DNA of 64,000 nucleotides from Planctomycetota bacterium. Lineage in GTDB: Bacteria; Planctomycetota; Brocadiia; JAADGH01. Both the position numbers and the translations under genes were made by a program. The notes beneath the pieces were generated by a model. That model ran no database searches, had not been told where the DNA came from, and was given only the letters and a program-made list of their open reading frames with translations. Below are positions 45,196-56,542 of this stretch, piece after piece (positions within the stretch are counted from its first letter, which is position 1; each line of letters opens with the position of its first letter). The DNA is taken from contig JBFMAD010000006.1 in NCBI GenBank assembly GCA_040755855.1, positions 96,001 to 160,000 on the forward strand, given 5' to 3'.

Positions 45196-47736
45196 ATGGC
45201 GCGCAAGGGACAATCCATCTGGCCGGTTCTCAAGGAGTATGATCAGGACCACATCTTCCGCATCGCCCTGCCCCTGGGGGGCATCGGGACGGGGACGGTC
45301 TCGCTCGGCGGGCGCGGGAATCTCCAGGATTGGGAGATCATGAACCGCCCCGCGAAGGGGTTCACGCCGAAGCAGATATTCTTCGCCCTATATACAAAGC
45401 CATCCAGCGGCGAGGCGGTGACGCGGGCGCTGGAGGGAGTCATCCAGGCGCCTCAGTACGAAGGCGCGTCGGGGGCGACGGCGAGCAACCACAGTCTGCC
45501 CCGATTCCGCGAGTGCTCTTTCGCGGCAGCCTATCCCTTCGGCCAGGTGCGCCTGTCCGACCTGGACGTTCCCCTCGACGTGCGCATCGAGGCGTTCAAT
45601 CCGATGATCCCAGGCGACGCCGACGCGAGCGGCATCCCGGTCGCCGTGCTGCGGTTCGTGCTCATCAACAAGACGCCGAAGCCCGTCACGGCCTCGGTGT
45701 GCGGGAGCGTGCGGAACTTCATCGGGCATGATGGGGCCGGTGGATCGTCGAGGGGAAATTTTAACACGTTTCAGAAGGGATCGAAGATTCAGGGGATCTT
45801 CATGCAGTCCGAAGGCGTTGATCATGCCGCCGAGCAGTTCGGCACGATGGCGCTCACCACCACGGCCAAGAGCGGAGTGACCTACCGGACGGCCTGGGCC
45901 AACGTGACCTGGGGCGATTCTCTTCTCGACTTCTGGGACGATTTCAGCGCCAACGGCAAGTTGACCGATCGCGACAAAGGCGGCGTGGATGATCCGGTCG
46001 CGTCTCTCGCCGTCCGCACCGTCGTCCCGGCCCGCGGAACGAAGGACGTCACATTCCTGCTGACGTGGCACTTCCCGAACCGGCGGACATGGACGCCTGT
46101 CAAGAAGGAAGAATCATCTGCCTGTGGAGAGGGATGTTGCGACCCGAACAGAATCGGTAATTACTACACTACACAATATCGCGACGCATGGGACGCGGCG
46201 GCGAAGACGGCCAAAGCGCTGCCGAGGCTCGAAGAGCAAACCATCGCTTTTGCGAAATGCTTCTGCGAGAGCGACCTGCCCGATGTGGTGAAGGAGGCGG
46301 CGCTGTTCAACCTGAGCACGCTCCGTTCGCAGACCTGCTTCCGAACGGAGGACGGGCGCTTCTTCGGCTGGGAAGGGTGCCACGATCGCGGCGGGTGCTG
46401 CCACGGGTCGTGCACACACGTCTGGAATTATGAACATGCGACGGCGTTTCTGTTCGGCGACCTGGCCTGTCGGATGCGGGAGGTGGAGTTCCTCCATGCC
46501 ACGAAGGAGAACGGCCACATGAGTTTCCGCGTGAACCTGCCCATTGATCGCGCATCGCAACACGCCCTTGCTGCGGCCGACGGGCAGATGGGGTGCCTGA
46601 TGAAACTCTACCGCGACTGGCAGCTTTCGGGCGACGACGCCATGCTTCAGAAGCTCTGGTCGCAGGCGAAGAAGGCGCTGGCCTTCTGCTGGGAGCCGGG
46701 CGGGTGGGACGCCGACCGCAATGGCGTGATGGAGGGGTGCCAGCACAACACGATGGATGTGGAGTACTACGGTCCTAACCCGCAGATGGGCGGGTGGTAT
46801 CTCGGCGCACTGCGCGCGGGCGAGGAGATGGCGAAGCATCTCGGCGACGAGAAGTTTGCCATGCTCTGCAAAATTCTGATCGAGCGCGGCAGCCAGTGGA
46901 TTGACGCAAATCTGTTCAACGGCGATTACTACGAACACGAGATCCGTCCGCCGGGCGAGGAGTCGGCTATTGCGCCAGGCCTCCGCCACGAGAAGATGGG
47001 GGCGCGGGACCTGAAGGAGCCGGAGCTGCAACTGGGCTCGGGGTGCTTGGTGGACCAGCTCGTCGGGCAGTATATGGCGCACGTCTGTGGCCTGGGATAC
47101 CTGCTGGACAAGAAGCACGTAAAGAAGACGCTGCAGAGCATCATGAAGCACAACTTCCAGGGAAACCTCTACGGCCACTTCAACCATTTTCGGACGTTCG
47201 CCCTGAACGAGGAGGCGGCTCTGCTGATGGCCACCTACCCGAAGGGCCGGCGGCCGAAGCGGCCCTTCCCCTACTGCAACGAGGTGATGACGGGTTTTGA
47301 GTATACCGCCGCCGTTCACATGCTCTATGAGGGCATGGTCGAGGACGGGCTGAGGTGCATCGCCGCGGTCCGCGAGCGGTATGACGGTCGCAAGCGCAGC
47401 CCCTTCGACGAGGCCGAGTGCGGCCACCACTACGCCCGGGCGATGGCGAGCTGGGCCGCGGTCCTCGCGCTGACTGGGTTCCAATACTCAGGGGTAACGC
47501 AAACGATCCAGTTTGCATCGTCTAAGAGTAAATCGCAGGTCTTCTGGTCGAACGGCTACGCCTGGGGCGTGTGCACACAGAAACCGGCCAAGGGGAAGAC
47601 GAAGGTCGGCATCACCGTGCTGCATGGAGCGCTGAAGGTGAGACGCGTCGTTCTTGATGGTGTCGGCGCGGTGGAACTGCCGAAGCCCAAGACCATCGAG
47701 CAAGGAAAGACGGCCTACTTCCAAATCTCCCGGTGA
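45196..47736 (+). CDS. GH116 beta-glucosidase/glucosylceramidase-like
   Basis: LPLGGIGTG, CTHVWNY, AADGQMG, QHNTMD, DQLVGQ, NEVMTG, ECGHHYARAM; RBS GGAGG. Confidence 0.88.
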   Translation: MARKGQSIWPVLKEYDQDHIFRIALPLGGIGTGTVSLGGRGNLQDWEIMNRPAKGFTPKQIFFALYTKPSSGEAVTRALEGVIQAPQYEGASGATASNHSLPRFRECSFAAAYPFGQVRLSDLDVPLDVRIEAFNPMIPGDADASGIPVAVLRFVLINKTPKPVTASVCGSVRNFIGHDGAGGSSRGNFNTFQKGSKIQGIFMQSEGVDHAAEQFGTMALTTTAKSGVTYRTAWANVTWGDSLLDFWDDFSANGKLTDRDKGGVDDPVASLAVRTVVPARGTKDVTFLLTWHFPNRRTWTPVKKEESSACGEGCCDPNRIGNYYTTQYRDAWDAAAKTAKALPRLEEQTIAFAKCFCESDLPDVVKEAALFNLSTLRSQTCFRTEDGRFFGWEGCHDRGGCCHGSCTHVWNYEHATAFLFGDLACRMREVEFLHATKENGHMSFRVNLPIDRASQHALAAADGQMGCLMKLYRDWQLSGDDAMLQKLWSQAKKALAFCWEPGGWDADRNGVMEGCQHNTMDVEYYGPNPQMGGWYLGALRAGEEMAKHLGDEKFAMLCKILIERGSQWIDANLFNGDYYEHEIRPPGEESAIAPGLRHEKMGARDLKEPELQLGSGCLVDQLVGQYMAHVCGLGYLLDKKHVKKTLQSIMKHNFQGNLYGHFNHFRTFALNEEAALLMATYPKGRRPKRPFPYCNEVMTGFEYTAAVHMLYEGMVEDGLRCIAAVRERYDGRKRSPFDEAECGHHYARAMASWAAVLALTGFQYSGVTQTIQFASSKSKSQVFWSNGYAWGVCTQKPAKGKTKVGITVLHGALKVRRVVLDGVGAVELPKPKTIEQGKTAYFQISR

Positions 47737-47803
47737 AAGGCGAGGACCTTCGGCCAGGTGGCGAGGACGGTGGTGAGCTTGTGTCCTCCCGGGATGATCT
47801 CGC

Positions 47804-48793
47804 TCAGCCCATCCATCGTGCGACATCTTTGGACCAGTAGGTGAGAATCATGTCCGCGCCGGCGCGCTTGATGCCGGTGAGCATTTCCATCACGACGCGC
47901 TGCTCGTCGAGCCATCCCCTTTCCGCCGCGGCCTTCACCATCGCGAATTCCCCGCTCACGTTGTAGGCGGCAACGGGATACCCGAACTCATCCTTCACAC
48001 GACGGATGATGTCGAGATACGGAACTGCCGGTTTGACCATAATGATGTCCGCACCTTCCTCGATGTCCAGCTCCACCTCGCGCAGGGCCTCGTCGCTGTT
48101 TGCGGGATCCATCTGGTATGACCGACGGTCGCCGAACTGCGGCGGCGACTCGGCTGCGTCGCGGAAGGGGCCGTAAAACGCCGAGGCGTACTTCGCCGCG
48201 TAGGACATGATGGGCACGTCCTCGAAACCTGTCCTGTCGAGGGCCTCGCGGATGACGCCGACGCGCCCGTCCATCATGTCGCTCGGGGCGACCATGTCCA
48301 CTCCGGCCCGGCAGTGGGATACGGCCATCTTCGCCAGGAGCCTGAGCGTCGTGTCGTTGTCCACATCCCGGACCCCTGAGAAGCGATGCTTCCTCAAAGC
48401 GCCGCAGTGTCCATGGTCGGTGTATTCGCAGAGGCAGACGTCGGTGATGACCACGATCTCGGACTTCGCCTTTCGGATGGCGCGGATGGCCTGCTGGATG
48501 ATGCCCCGGTCGGAATAGCCGGACTTGCCGAGGGCGTCCTTCGTTTCGGGGATGCCGAAGAGGATGACGGCCGGGATGCGAAGGGATTCGATCTCCTTAA
48601 CTTCCTCCACCAGCACGTCAACCGACATCTGGTAGTTGCCTGGCATGGAGGGGATCGCCTTCTTCACTTTCCTGCCCGGTCGGACGAACAGGGGCATGAT
48701 GAGATCGTCCACGGAAATGGTCGTCTCGCGGATTAGTCGGCGGAGGTTCTCGGTCCGGCGCATACGTCGGGGGCGGTGGATGGGAAATGGCAT
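47804..48793 (-). CDS. hemB: Porphobilinogen synthase (Zn-type)
   Basis: [47 protein letters not shown]. Confidence 0.97.
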   Translation of the reverse strand: MPFPIHRPRRMRRTENLRRLIRETTISVDDLIMPLFVRPGRKVKKAIPSMPGNYQMSVDVLVEEVKEIESLRIPAVILFGIPETKDALGKSGYSDRGIIQQAIRAIRKAKSEIVVITDVCLCEYTDHGHCGALRKHRFSGVRDVDNDTTLRLLAKMAVSHCRAGVDMVAPSDMMDGRVGVIREALDRTGFEDVPIMSYAAKYASAFYGPFRDAAESPPQFGDRRSYQMDPANSDEALREVELDIEEGADIIMVKPAVPYLDIIRRVKDEFGYPVAAYNVSGEFAMVKAAAERGWLDEQRVVMEMLTGIKRAGADMILTYWSKDVARWMG

Positions 48794-48885
48794 GGTCATT
48801 CCTCGCATCTTCCAGGAACTGGTTTTACCTTGCACCTTTAGGATAATCGCTGGGCCACGGGCTTTCAAGAGAAAATGGGAAGCGA

Positions 48886-50163
48886 ATGCAAACCCCGCGT
48901 CTCTTGAAAAGGGAGATGGTGTATGGTAGTGTAGGTTTTTTTGGATTGGATAAGACGCTGAACGCGCTCTCACAACAACGGAATCCCGCGTGGACGCTGG
49001 TTATCCTCCTGGCCATCGGCCACGCCGTAAGCGATTTCTACGCACTGCTGCTCAGTTGGCTGTTGCCGGATTTCCGGGACGCCTTCGCGCTGAACAACAC
49101 GCAGGTCAGTTGGATTGTCGCAGTAAGCGGGATATTTGCGTCCATGTCTCAGCCGGCGTTTGGCTACGCTGCGGAATGGACCCGAAGAAGGAACGTATAT
49201 ATCGCTCTGGGCACGCTCTTGGCGGGCGGAACGAGCCTTATGGGACTTGCGTCAAACGTGTGGGCGTTTGTTGCCGTCGTGTTGGTCGGGGCCCTCGGCG
49301 TGGGGATCTTTCATCCTACGGCGGCTGCGGAGGTCTTCGAGATCGTCGGCCCTCGGGACAAGATCGGCCGCACGTTGTTCGCCATGACGGGGGGAATCGG
49401 GATGGCCCTTGGCCCGCTGCTAGTGATGCAAATTGTTGCATGCGGCGGGCTGCGAGGGACGTGGGTGGTTTTCCCCCCTGCCGTCATCCTGGCAATGATT
49501 TATGCTCACATGCTGCCGGGCGACGAAACCACGCAGGGCGAGCCTCTGCTTCGATGGACCCGCAGAGGCATGCGGCCCAAGCACCTTGCGGTCGTCGGCA
49601 TCCTCTTTCTGGCCGTGATCCTGCGCTCCACGGCGGCCGGTGGGATGCATCCCCTGATCGCGCTGCGCTGTGATGAGCTCGGGTATGACCGAATACTTCG
49701 CGGGCATGTCCTTGCACTCATTGCCTTTTTCGCTTTCGTGGGGGGCATGCTGGGAGGATACCTCACGGGACGGATCGGCAGCAAGGCGATTATGCTTTCC
49801 TCGTGTTTCTTCGGCGGGCCGGCGCTATTCGCATCAATGATGGCGGGCGGGTGGCTGTCGTGGGCGCTTCTTTCCTTCGCCAGCTTCTCGCTGGCCTTTG
49901 CCATGCCGCATTTTCTGATGACGGCCCAAGAACTGATGCCGGAGAGGGCGGGCACGGTATCGGGAATGATGATGGGCATGGCGTGGAGCATCGCTGGCCT
50001 GTTGCTGCCCATATTTGGTAAAATTAGTGACGTGCGCGACGCAGGCGTCGCGATTAAGGTTATGGCGACTCTGACGATCCCGGCTGGTATTATTGTGTTG
50101 TTCCTTAAGGGTTCCCTCCTGGATGCCGGACAGCAAGAAGAACCGATTAACAGTCAAGAGTAA
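48886..50163 (+). CDS. MFS transporter (Fsr-like; start uncertain)
   Basis: ~12 hydrophobic segments, GHAVSD, QPAFG, IFHP. Confidence 0.85.
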   Translation: MQTPRLLKREMVYGSVGFFGLDKTLNALSQQRNPAWTLVILLAIGHAVSDFYALLLSWLLPDFRDAFALNNTQVSWIVAVSGIFASMSQPAFGYAAEWTRRRNVYIALGTLLAGGTSLMGLASNVWAFVAVVLVGALGVGIFHPTAAAEVFEIVGPRDKIGRTLFAMTGGIGMALGPLLVMQIVACGGLRGTWVVFPPAVILAMIYAHMLPGDETTQGEPLLRWTRRGMRPKHLAVVGILFLAVILRSTAAGGMHPLIALRCDELGYDRILRGHVLALIAFFAFVGGMLGGYLTGRIGSKAIMLSSCFFGGPALFASMMAGGWLSWALLSFASFSLAFAMPHFLMTAQELMPERAGTVSGMMMGMAWSIAGLLLPIFGKISDVRDAGVAIKVMATLTIPAGIIVLFLKGSLLDAGQQEEPINSQE

Positions 50164-50170
50164 GGATATT

Positions 50171-51886
50171 ATGGCGAAAAATCTTTTTGTTGAAGCCCTC
50201 GTTAACGCCCTCAAGCCCCATCTCGGGCTCGCGGAGACTGAGATCGAACGGATCATCGCCACCCCGCCTGACCCGAAGATGGGGGAATACAGTCTTCCAT
50301 GTTTCGCATTTGCGAAAGAAATGCGAAGGTCGCCGAAGGACATCGCGGCCGACCTCGCCGGGAAGATCGCTCCCTCCGAACTGATCGAGCGCGTCCAAAC
50401 GGCCGGGCCGTACCTCAACTTCTTCGTCAACAAGACGCGCTTTGTTCAGGAGGCGCTCCGAACCATTCGGTCCGAGGGCGATCGCTACGGCGCGAGCGAC
50501 ATCGGCCGGGGCAAGACCGTATGTCTTGACTTCAGCTCGCCGAACATCGCCAAGCACCTGGCCGTGCACCATCTGCAATCCACGATGATCGGCAACACGC
50601 TCTACAAGATTTGCAGCGCGCTGGGCTATAAGTGCATAGGCATCAACCATTTAGGCGATTGGGGAACGCAGTTCGGCCAGTTGATCCTCGCCTACAAAAA
50701 ATGGGGTTCGCCTCAGAAATTGGACGCCGAAGGCGTCACGCATCTGAACGAACTCTACGTGAGGTTCCATTCGGAGGCCGAGAGCCATCCTGAGATGGAG
50801 GAGGAGGCGCGCGAGTGGTTCCGTCGCTTGGAGGCGGGAGACGCGGAAGCGCGTGAACTGTGGCAGAGGTTCAAAGACATCAGCCTTGCGGAGTTCAACA
50901 GGGTCTACGCCATGCTCGACGTCCATTTCGACTCCTTCGCGGGCGAGAGTTTCTACAGCGACATGCTGAACGATGTGATCGCTCGGCTGGAGGCGGCGGG
51001 CATCGCAAAAGAGAGCGAAGGGGCCGTGGTGGTGGACCTGGAGGAGTTCGGCATGCCGGCGTGTCTTCTCCGCAAGAGCGACGGCGCCACGCTCTACGCC
51101 ACGCGCGATATCGCGGCGGCGGAGTATCGGAAGAAGACGTACGGATTCTCGAAGATGCTTTACGTCGTCGGCGGCGAGCAACGCCTCGCCTTCCGGCAGT
51201 TGTTCAAGGTCCTGGAACTCATGGGCTATGACTGGGTGAAGGACTGCGCGCACGTGGATTTCGGGATGGTGCGGTTCAAGGACCGGAAGATGTCCACGCG
51301 CAAGGGCGATGTGATTCTGTTGGAGGACCTGCTGAACCGTGCCATCGAGCTGGTGAAGGAGATCATGCTCACGGGGGATATGGAGCACGAGATTCTGCCG
51401 GACCAGATGGACGCGGTCGCGGCGGACATCGGCATCGGGGCGGTGATCTTTGCCCAACTCGCGTCCAAGCGCGTGAAGGACCTTGCCTTCGACTGGGCCG
51501 AGATTTTGAACTTCAAGGGGGATACCGGGCCGTACGTGCAATACACGCACGCGCGGAGCTGCAGCATCCTTCGAAAGGCCGAGCAGGAGGTCGGGGATGA
51601 TGTGAACTTCGATCTTTTGACGGACGAGACCACGATGTCGGTGGTGAAGCAGCTGGAGCGCCTCCCATCGGTCATCCAGGACGCGGCGGCGGCCTATGAG
51701 CCGTATTTCATCTGCAACTACCTGCTCGACCTCTGTGGCGCGATGAACACATTTCTCCACACCCATCGCGTCCTCAAGAACGAGCCGGCGCTGACCAATG
51801 CCCGACTGCTCCTGGTGGATTGCACCCGGCAGGTGATCGGGAACGGTCTGGCGGTCCTTGGCATAAAGGCACCGGACCGAATGTGA
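50171..51886 (+). CDS. argS: Arginine--tRNA ligase
   Basis: DFSSPNIAK, NHLGDWGTQFG, YATRDIAA, KMSTRKG, GDTGPYVQY, APDRM C-terminus. Confidence 0.97.
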   Translation: MAKNLFVEALVNALKPHLGLAETEIERIIATPPDPKMGEYSLPCFAFAKEMRRSPKDIAADLAGKIAPSELIERVQTAGPYLNFFVNKTRFVQEALRTIRSEGDRYGASDIGRGKTVCLDFSSPNIAKHLAVHHLQSTMIGNTLYKICSALGYKCIGINHLGDWGTQFGQLILAYKKWGSPQKLDAEGVTHLNELYVRFHSEAESHPEMEEEAREWFRRLEAGDAEARELWQRFKDISLAEFNRVYAMLDVHFDSFAGESFYSDMLNDVIARLEAAGIAKESEGAVVVDLEEFGMPACLLRKSDGATLYATRDIAAAEYRKKTYGFSKMLYVVGGEQRLAFRQLFKVLELMGYDWVKDCAHVDFGMVRFKDRKMSTRKGDVILLEDLLNRAIELVKEIMLTGDMEHEILPDQMDAVAADIGIGAVIFAQLASKRVKDLAFDWAEILNFKGDTGPYVQYTHARSCSILRKAEQEVGDDVNFDLLTDETTMSVVKQLERLPSVIQDAAAAYEPYFICNYLLDLCGAMNTFLHTHRVLKNEPALTNARLLLVDCTRQVIGNGLAVLGIKAPDRM

Positions 51887-51967
51887 CCCGCCGGGCTTGA
51901 TTGCTGCCGACGCAGGTGGTAAGATAGGAAAGCAATCTGTGGTATTCGCGCTTCGAGGAACACTCCC

Positions 51968-52807
51968 ATGCGGTTCAAACTGATTGCGCTCGATGTGGAC
52001 GGTACGCTGCTGAACTCGGAACGGCAGATCGGCCCGCGAACAAAAAAGGCCCTTCACGACGCGGTCGCCGCGGGCATCAAGATCGTGCTCTGCACCGGGC
52101 GACGATATCGGTCGGTACTTCCCATCGTTGATCTGCTCGGGATCAAACCGATTGTCGTAGTCCACGGCGGGGCGCTGGTCAAGGACAGTCAGACCCATCA
52201 GACTCTATACAGTCACGGGCTTCCCCACCAGCTTGCTCAGGCCGTACTTGGATTTTTGAAATATTATGATGTGTCTCCCCTCCTCATCTTAGACACCTAT
52301 CCCACCGGTCCGGATTTCATCATCGAGGACGACAAGAAGGGAAAACCGGAATTCCTGCGATATATCGAAGGAGCGAAGGGGTTCTACAAGGTGTCCAAGG
52401 ATTTTGGCGGCGCCCCGCGCGACAAGATGCTGGAGATCGCTCTTTTCAGCCGGATGGGCACGCTCGCCGATCTCCTCCATCGCGTCAAGCTCGAGTTTCG
52501 TAGCCGGATCGAGGCGCACGTCCTCATCTTTGGCCATTACCGCAATCGCTGTGACTGTCTGGAGATCTTCAACCGCCGAACATCAAAGTGGATCGCGCTT
52601 ATGCATGTGGCCCAGCAGATGGGCATCGCCGATCGCGAGATCGTGGCCGCAGGTGACGATGTCAACGACATCGAGATGATTCAGAAAGCCGGCTTCGGTA
52701 TCGCCATGGGCAACGCGCGCGACGAACTCAAAGAAGTGGCCGACCTTGTCACCGGCAGTTACGACGACGAGGGGGTGGCGGATTTCGTGGAGCAGATTCT
52801 CGAATGA
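51968..52807 (+). CDS. Cof-type HAD-IIB hydrolase
   Basis: ALDVDGTLL, CTGR, SK, GDDVNDIEM, MGNA. Confidence 0.92.
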   Translation: MRFKLIALDVDGTLLNSERQIGPRTKKALHDAVAAGIKIVLCTGRRYRSVLPIVDLLGIKPIVVVHGGALVKDSQTHQTLYSHGLPHQLAQAVLGFLKYYDVSPLLILDTYPTGPDFIIEDDKKGKPEFLRYIEGAKGFYKVSKDFGGAPRDKMLEIALFSRMGTLADLLHRVKLEFRSRIEAHVLIFGHYRNRCDCLEIFNRRTSKWIALMHVAQQMGIADREIVAAGDDVNDIEMIQKAGFGIAMGNARDELKEVADLVTGSYDDEGVADFVEQILE

Positions 52808-53805
52808 ATGATCCTTTCCTGGCCGAAATCAAGAAGGCCATCGCCGACGTCGGCGCGCAGATTGACGATCTCATGCTGAAGGTCCTCCCCCGCAACCCCG
52901 ACGACCTGCTGTGCGAAATGATATGGCATCACCTCGACAGCGGCGGGAAGCGGGTCCGCCCTGCGCTCTGTCTCCTCACCTGCAAGGCCCTGGGGGGAAA
53001 TCCCGACCACGCGATTTACTTCGCGCTTGCCATCGAAATCCTTCACAACATGTTCCTCGTCCACGACGACATCGAGGACGGCGACGAGGTGCGACGCGAC
53101 CGCCCCACGGTCTGGGTTAAGTACGGTGTGCCCAACGCCGTCAACGCGGGCGATTATTTATTGGCCAAGGGGCCGGAGATTATCCTGCAAAGCCCCGTGG
53201 ACGCCGAGGCGAAACTGAAGCTCCTCCACGTCTTCAGCCTCACCTGCCGCACGACGATCGAGGGGCAGGCGCTCGACATCAACTCCCGCGCAGACGTCAA
53301 TTTCACAATCGCGAAATACCTCCACATGGTCCGCAAAAAAACCGGCTGTTACCTCGCGTGCGGACTCGTGGGCGGGGCGATTGTAGCCGGGGCGGATGAG
53401 GCCGTGATTGACGCCCTATGGAAGCTCGGCGACAACATGGGGCCGGCGTTTCAGATCCGCGACGACGTGATTGACCTCACCCTCGGCAAGGGCCGCGGCG
53501 GGGAACTCGGCTGCGATATCCGCGAGGGCAAGGCGAGCATCCTCTACGCCCATGCCCTGGAGAACGCACCCACCGGCGACGCGGCCCGACTTTGCGCCAT
53601 TATGCGCAAGCCCCGCGCGGAAACGACTCAAGAGGACGTGAAATGGGTCGTCGCTCTCTACAAGCGATGCGGCAGTCTGGACTACGCCTCCGAGTACGCC
53701 GACAGACTCGTGCAGGACGCCTATGCTGTCATTGACTCCCTGCCCATCTCCAACAAGGAATTCTTCAAGCAGCTCGCCCGCTTCATGGCCGAGCGGAAGT
53801 CGTGA
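52804..53805 (+). CDS. Polyprenyl diphosphate synthase (GGPP synthase-like)
   Basis: GGKRVRP, HDDIED...RR, GQALD, KT, FQIRDD. Confidence 0.92.
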   Translation: MNDPFLAEIKKAIADVGAQIDDLMLKVLPRNPDDLLCEMIWHHLDSGGKRVRPALCLLTCKALGGNPDHAIYFALAIEILHNMFLVHDDIEDGDEVRRDRPTVWVKYGVPNAVNAGDYLLAKGPEIILQSPVDAEAKLKLLHVFSLTCRTTIEGQALDINSRADVNFTIAKYLHMVRKKTGCYLACGLVGGAIVAGADEAVIDALWKLGDNMGPAFQIRDDVIDLTLGKGRGGELGCDIREGKASILYAHALENAPTGDAARLCAIMRKPRAETTQEDVKWVVALYKRCGSLDYASEYADRLVQDAYAVIDSLPISNKEFFKQLARFMAERKS

Positions 53806-54606
53806 TCAGATTTCCGACAGGTATTGGTGGAAGGCCCTGGAGTACTGGGCCAGGACCGCGTCGGGATCGCCCTTCATCACCTCCACGGCGAAGTGGCCTT
53901 TGAAGCCGTCGGCCTTGAGGAGGGCCATCGCCTCCTTGTGCGAGCAGACGCCTTCGCCGAGGCCGACCAGCTCGATCTTGCTCTTCGCGCTGTCATAGGC
54001 GTAGTCGTGGATGTGGAGGTGGATGACCTTGCCCCTAAGATTGGCATAGGCCATCTCCGGGGTCTCCATGTGCCGATGCGGATGCGCCACGTCCCACAGC
54101 GCCTGGACGGCGGGCGAGCCGACCATGTCAACCACCTTCGCCACATACTTGCTGTGGCTGAAGAAGTCGTGGGTCTCGAGACCGAGCTTGACGCCCGCGG
54201 CCTCGGCATCGCCCGCGCAGGCCGCCAGGGAGGCGGCCACGTTGTCGAGGATGCCGGCCGGTTCTCCTTTGCCCTTGGCCCCGCCGAAGACGCGAATGAC
54301 CGGCGCGCCGATGTCGGCGGAGAGCTGGATATACTGTTTGAGCAGATCAACGCTCTTCTTCCGCTCGGCCTCCTCCGGGTCGGAGAACTGCAGCGACGTC
54401 GCCACGGCGCTGATGCAGATCGGACTGTCCTGGAAAATTTCCTTGACCTCCGCGCGTCGGCTCTTGCTCGTGGCCAGGTCCACCTTATGCGCATGGTCCA
54501 CCTGGACGCGGATTTCAACGCCGTCATAGTTATGTTTTTGCCCGCCTTCAATGATCTGGTCTATGGTCCACTGCGGGCAAATCCACGTCATAAAACTCAG
54601 CTTCAT
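53806..54606 (-). CDS. Sugar phosphate isomerase/epimerase (AP endonuclease 2 TIM barrel)
   Basis: YDGVEIR, IRVFGG, LETHD, WDVAH, HIHD, VE. Confidence 0.85.
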   Translation of the reverse strand: MKLSFMTWICPQWTIDQIIEGGQKHNYDGVEIRVQVDHAHKVDLATSKSRRAEVKEIFQDSPICISAVATSLQFSDPEEAERKKSVDLLKQYIQLSADIGAPVIRVFGGAKGKGEPAGILDNVAASLAACAGDAEAAGVKLGLETHDFFSHSKYVAKVVDMVGSPAVQALWDVAHPHRHMETPEMAYANLRGKVIHLHIHDYAYDSAKSKIELVGLGEGVCSHKEAMALLKADGFKGHFAVEVMKGDPDAVLAQYSRAFHQYLSEI

Positions 54607-54626
54607 TTTTTCTCTCCATGTTCGGA

Positions 54627-55373
54627 CTACGAAATCTTCGCCGCAAGAATGCGGTCGTCGTTTGATGCAACAATTGACTCACCCGGCTGGAGGACGAGAA
54701 ACTCGTCCTCGCGCCATTCGCCATCGAGCAGCCTGCGAATCAGGCCGATATCGCCCTTGAGCCGCCGATATTCCCATCCGTTCTCCTGCGCTTGGCGCGC
54801 GGCGGCCTTGTCGTATTCGAGGAACTCCGCGATGCCCATGTCAATGAAGGCCATCGTCGTGTAGTTCCGTTTCCACGCGCCCATCTGCTCCATGATATAT
54901 CTGGCATTGTCCTCGCCGTACTTCTCGACATATTCCTGGTAGGTCTTCTTGAGGCCGAGCTTCTCCATCACGGTATTCGGCACGGTGACAAAATCGCGTT
55001 CGCTCCAGCCGGTCGTCTTGAAGAACGTGCCGGGGTACTGGGAGAAGTACTCGTTGTAACGCTTGCGCGATCCGAAGAAGAGCGTGATGCAGTCGTGCGC
55101 GCGGGGGATGACGAGGGGACTGCGCCGCGCAGTCAAGCCCACCACACCGTTGTTGCAGAGGGCATAGCCGAGGAGGACGGCCTCGTATAGCTCGGGGTCG
55201 GTCGCGTCAATCTGCGCCTGGATCTTTGCCACCATATCGGCCGACTCCAGGTCGTGCAGGCCCTTGGGCATGAATTGCACGTCCACGACATTCCGGCTGT
55301 TGGCGGCGCAGAGGCAGATTTCACGGTAGAGAATCTCGCACGCGATGATCTTTAATCGCTTCGGCTCAGCCAT
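54627..55373 (-). CDS. DUF1638 domain protein
   Basis: IACE, GLH, LGYALC, PRAHDCI, TTGW, KYGEDNA; matches my recollection of DUF1638. Confidence 0.75.
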   Translation of the reverse strand: MAEPKRLKIIACEILYREICLCAANSRNVVDVQFMPKGLHDLESADMVAKIQAQIDATDPELYEAVLLGYALCNNGVVGLTARRSPLVIPRAHDCITLFFGSRKRYNEYFSQYPGTFFKTTGWSERDFVTVPNTVMEKLGLKKTYQEYVEKYGEDNARYIMEQMGAWKRNYTTMAFIDMGIAEFLEYDKAAARQAQENGWEYRRLKGDIGLIRRLLDGEWREDEFLVLQPGESIVASNDDRILAAKIS

Positions 55374-56541
55374 GTGTGAGGTCCTTTGCGGCATTCATGG
55401 CGGCCTGGCGGACGTCCTTCAGCGAGGCACCCGTGCGCTCGGCGGCCTTGCGGCAGTCCTCATACTCGGGCGAGGCGGTCTTGATCCTCCCCCCGATTCG
55501 GCCGATCTTCACGCGGATTGGTCCGTACCGCGTGCGCACTTTCCAATGTTCGCGGGCGAGTATGGTCCGCTCGGTTTCGTATTTGCGAATCCCGAACGTC
55601 GTCGTCTCGGTGAATATAATCTCCTCCATCGTCGGAACGAGGGCCGGAGGAGCGATGACGCTGAGGAGCATACCCGGGCGATTCTTCTTCATCTGGATCG
55701 GCGTCACAAAGACATCCAGCGCACCCGCGTCGAAAAGTCTGTCGAAGGCATACCCAACGATCTCGGCGGGCATGTCGTCAATGTTCGTCTCAAGGACAAC
55801 GACTCTATCCCCCTCCGTTCTTGCGCATGTCTCCCCGATCGTGACGCGCAGGATGTTCGGCAGTTCCGGGCGGTCCGCCGATCCCGCGCCGAGTCCGACG
55901 GCGGTGTATCGCGTCGGCGGGGGCGGCGCACATGCACCGAGAGTAGTCAGGAGCGCGGCGCCGGTGGGCGTCATAAGTTCGCCATGGACCTGGGTTTGCA
56001 CCACGGGTATTCCTCGGAGCAATTCCACGGTCGCCGGAACCGGGACGGGCAGGACGCCGTGGCGGCAAACCACCGCGCCCGTGCCGAGACGGACGGGAGA
56101 GAAGTAAACCCGTTCGATCCCCAACTGCGCCAGACCGATGGCCGTACCGACAATATCAATGATGGAGTCCACAGCCCCAATTTCGTGAAAGTGAATTTTC
56201 TCCGGCTTGGTCCCGTGGACTTTGGCCTCGGCGCGGGCGAGCCGATGGAAGACCTTCGCGCTGTTTTCCTTCACATCGTTCGGCAGGGAGCTCTTGGCGA
56301 TGAGGGATTCGATGTCGCGCAGCGTTCGGTGCTCGTGATGTTTGTGAGTGGTTTCGACATCAAATTTCAGGGGGCGAAACATGCCGCGCGTCACCCGCCG
56401 CGTCTTGATGCGAAACCCAGGCAGCTTGAGCCTGGCCAATTCCTTCTTCAGCGTCGTCAGCTTCAGGCCGGCGTCGATCAGCGCCCCGACGATCATGTCG
56501 CCACTCGCGCCGGAAAAGCAGTCAAAATAGGCGATGCGCAT
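55366..56541 (-). CDS. larC: Nickel pincer cofactor biosynthesis protein LarC
   Basis: YFDCFSGASGDM, His-rich stretch, HFHEIGAVDS, TPTGAA, ETNIDD, ETTTFG, PEYEDC. Confidence 0.93.
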   Translation of the reverse strand: MRIAYFDCFSGASGDMIVGALIDAGLKLTTLKKELARLKLPGFRIKTRRVTRGMFRPLKFDVETTHKHHEHRTLRDIESLIAKSSLPNDVKENSAKVFHRLARAEAKVHGTKPEKIHFHEIGAVDSIIDIVGTAIGLAQLGIERVYFSPVRLGTGAVVCRHGVLPVPVPATVELLRGIPVVQTQVHGELMTPTGAALLTTLGACAPPPPTRYTAVGLGAGSADRPELPNILRVTIGETCARTEGDRVVVLETNIDDMPAEIVGYAFDRLFDAGALDVFVTPIQMKKNRPGMLLSVIAPPALVPTMEEIIFTETTTFGIRKYETERTILAREHWKVRTRYGPIRVKIGRIGGRIKTASPEYEDCRKAAERTGASLKDVRQAAMNAAKDLTHG

Positions 56542-56542
56542 G

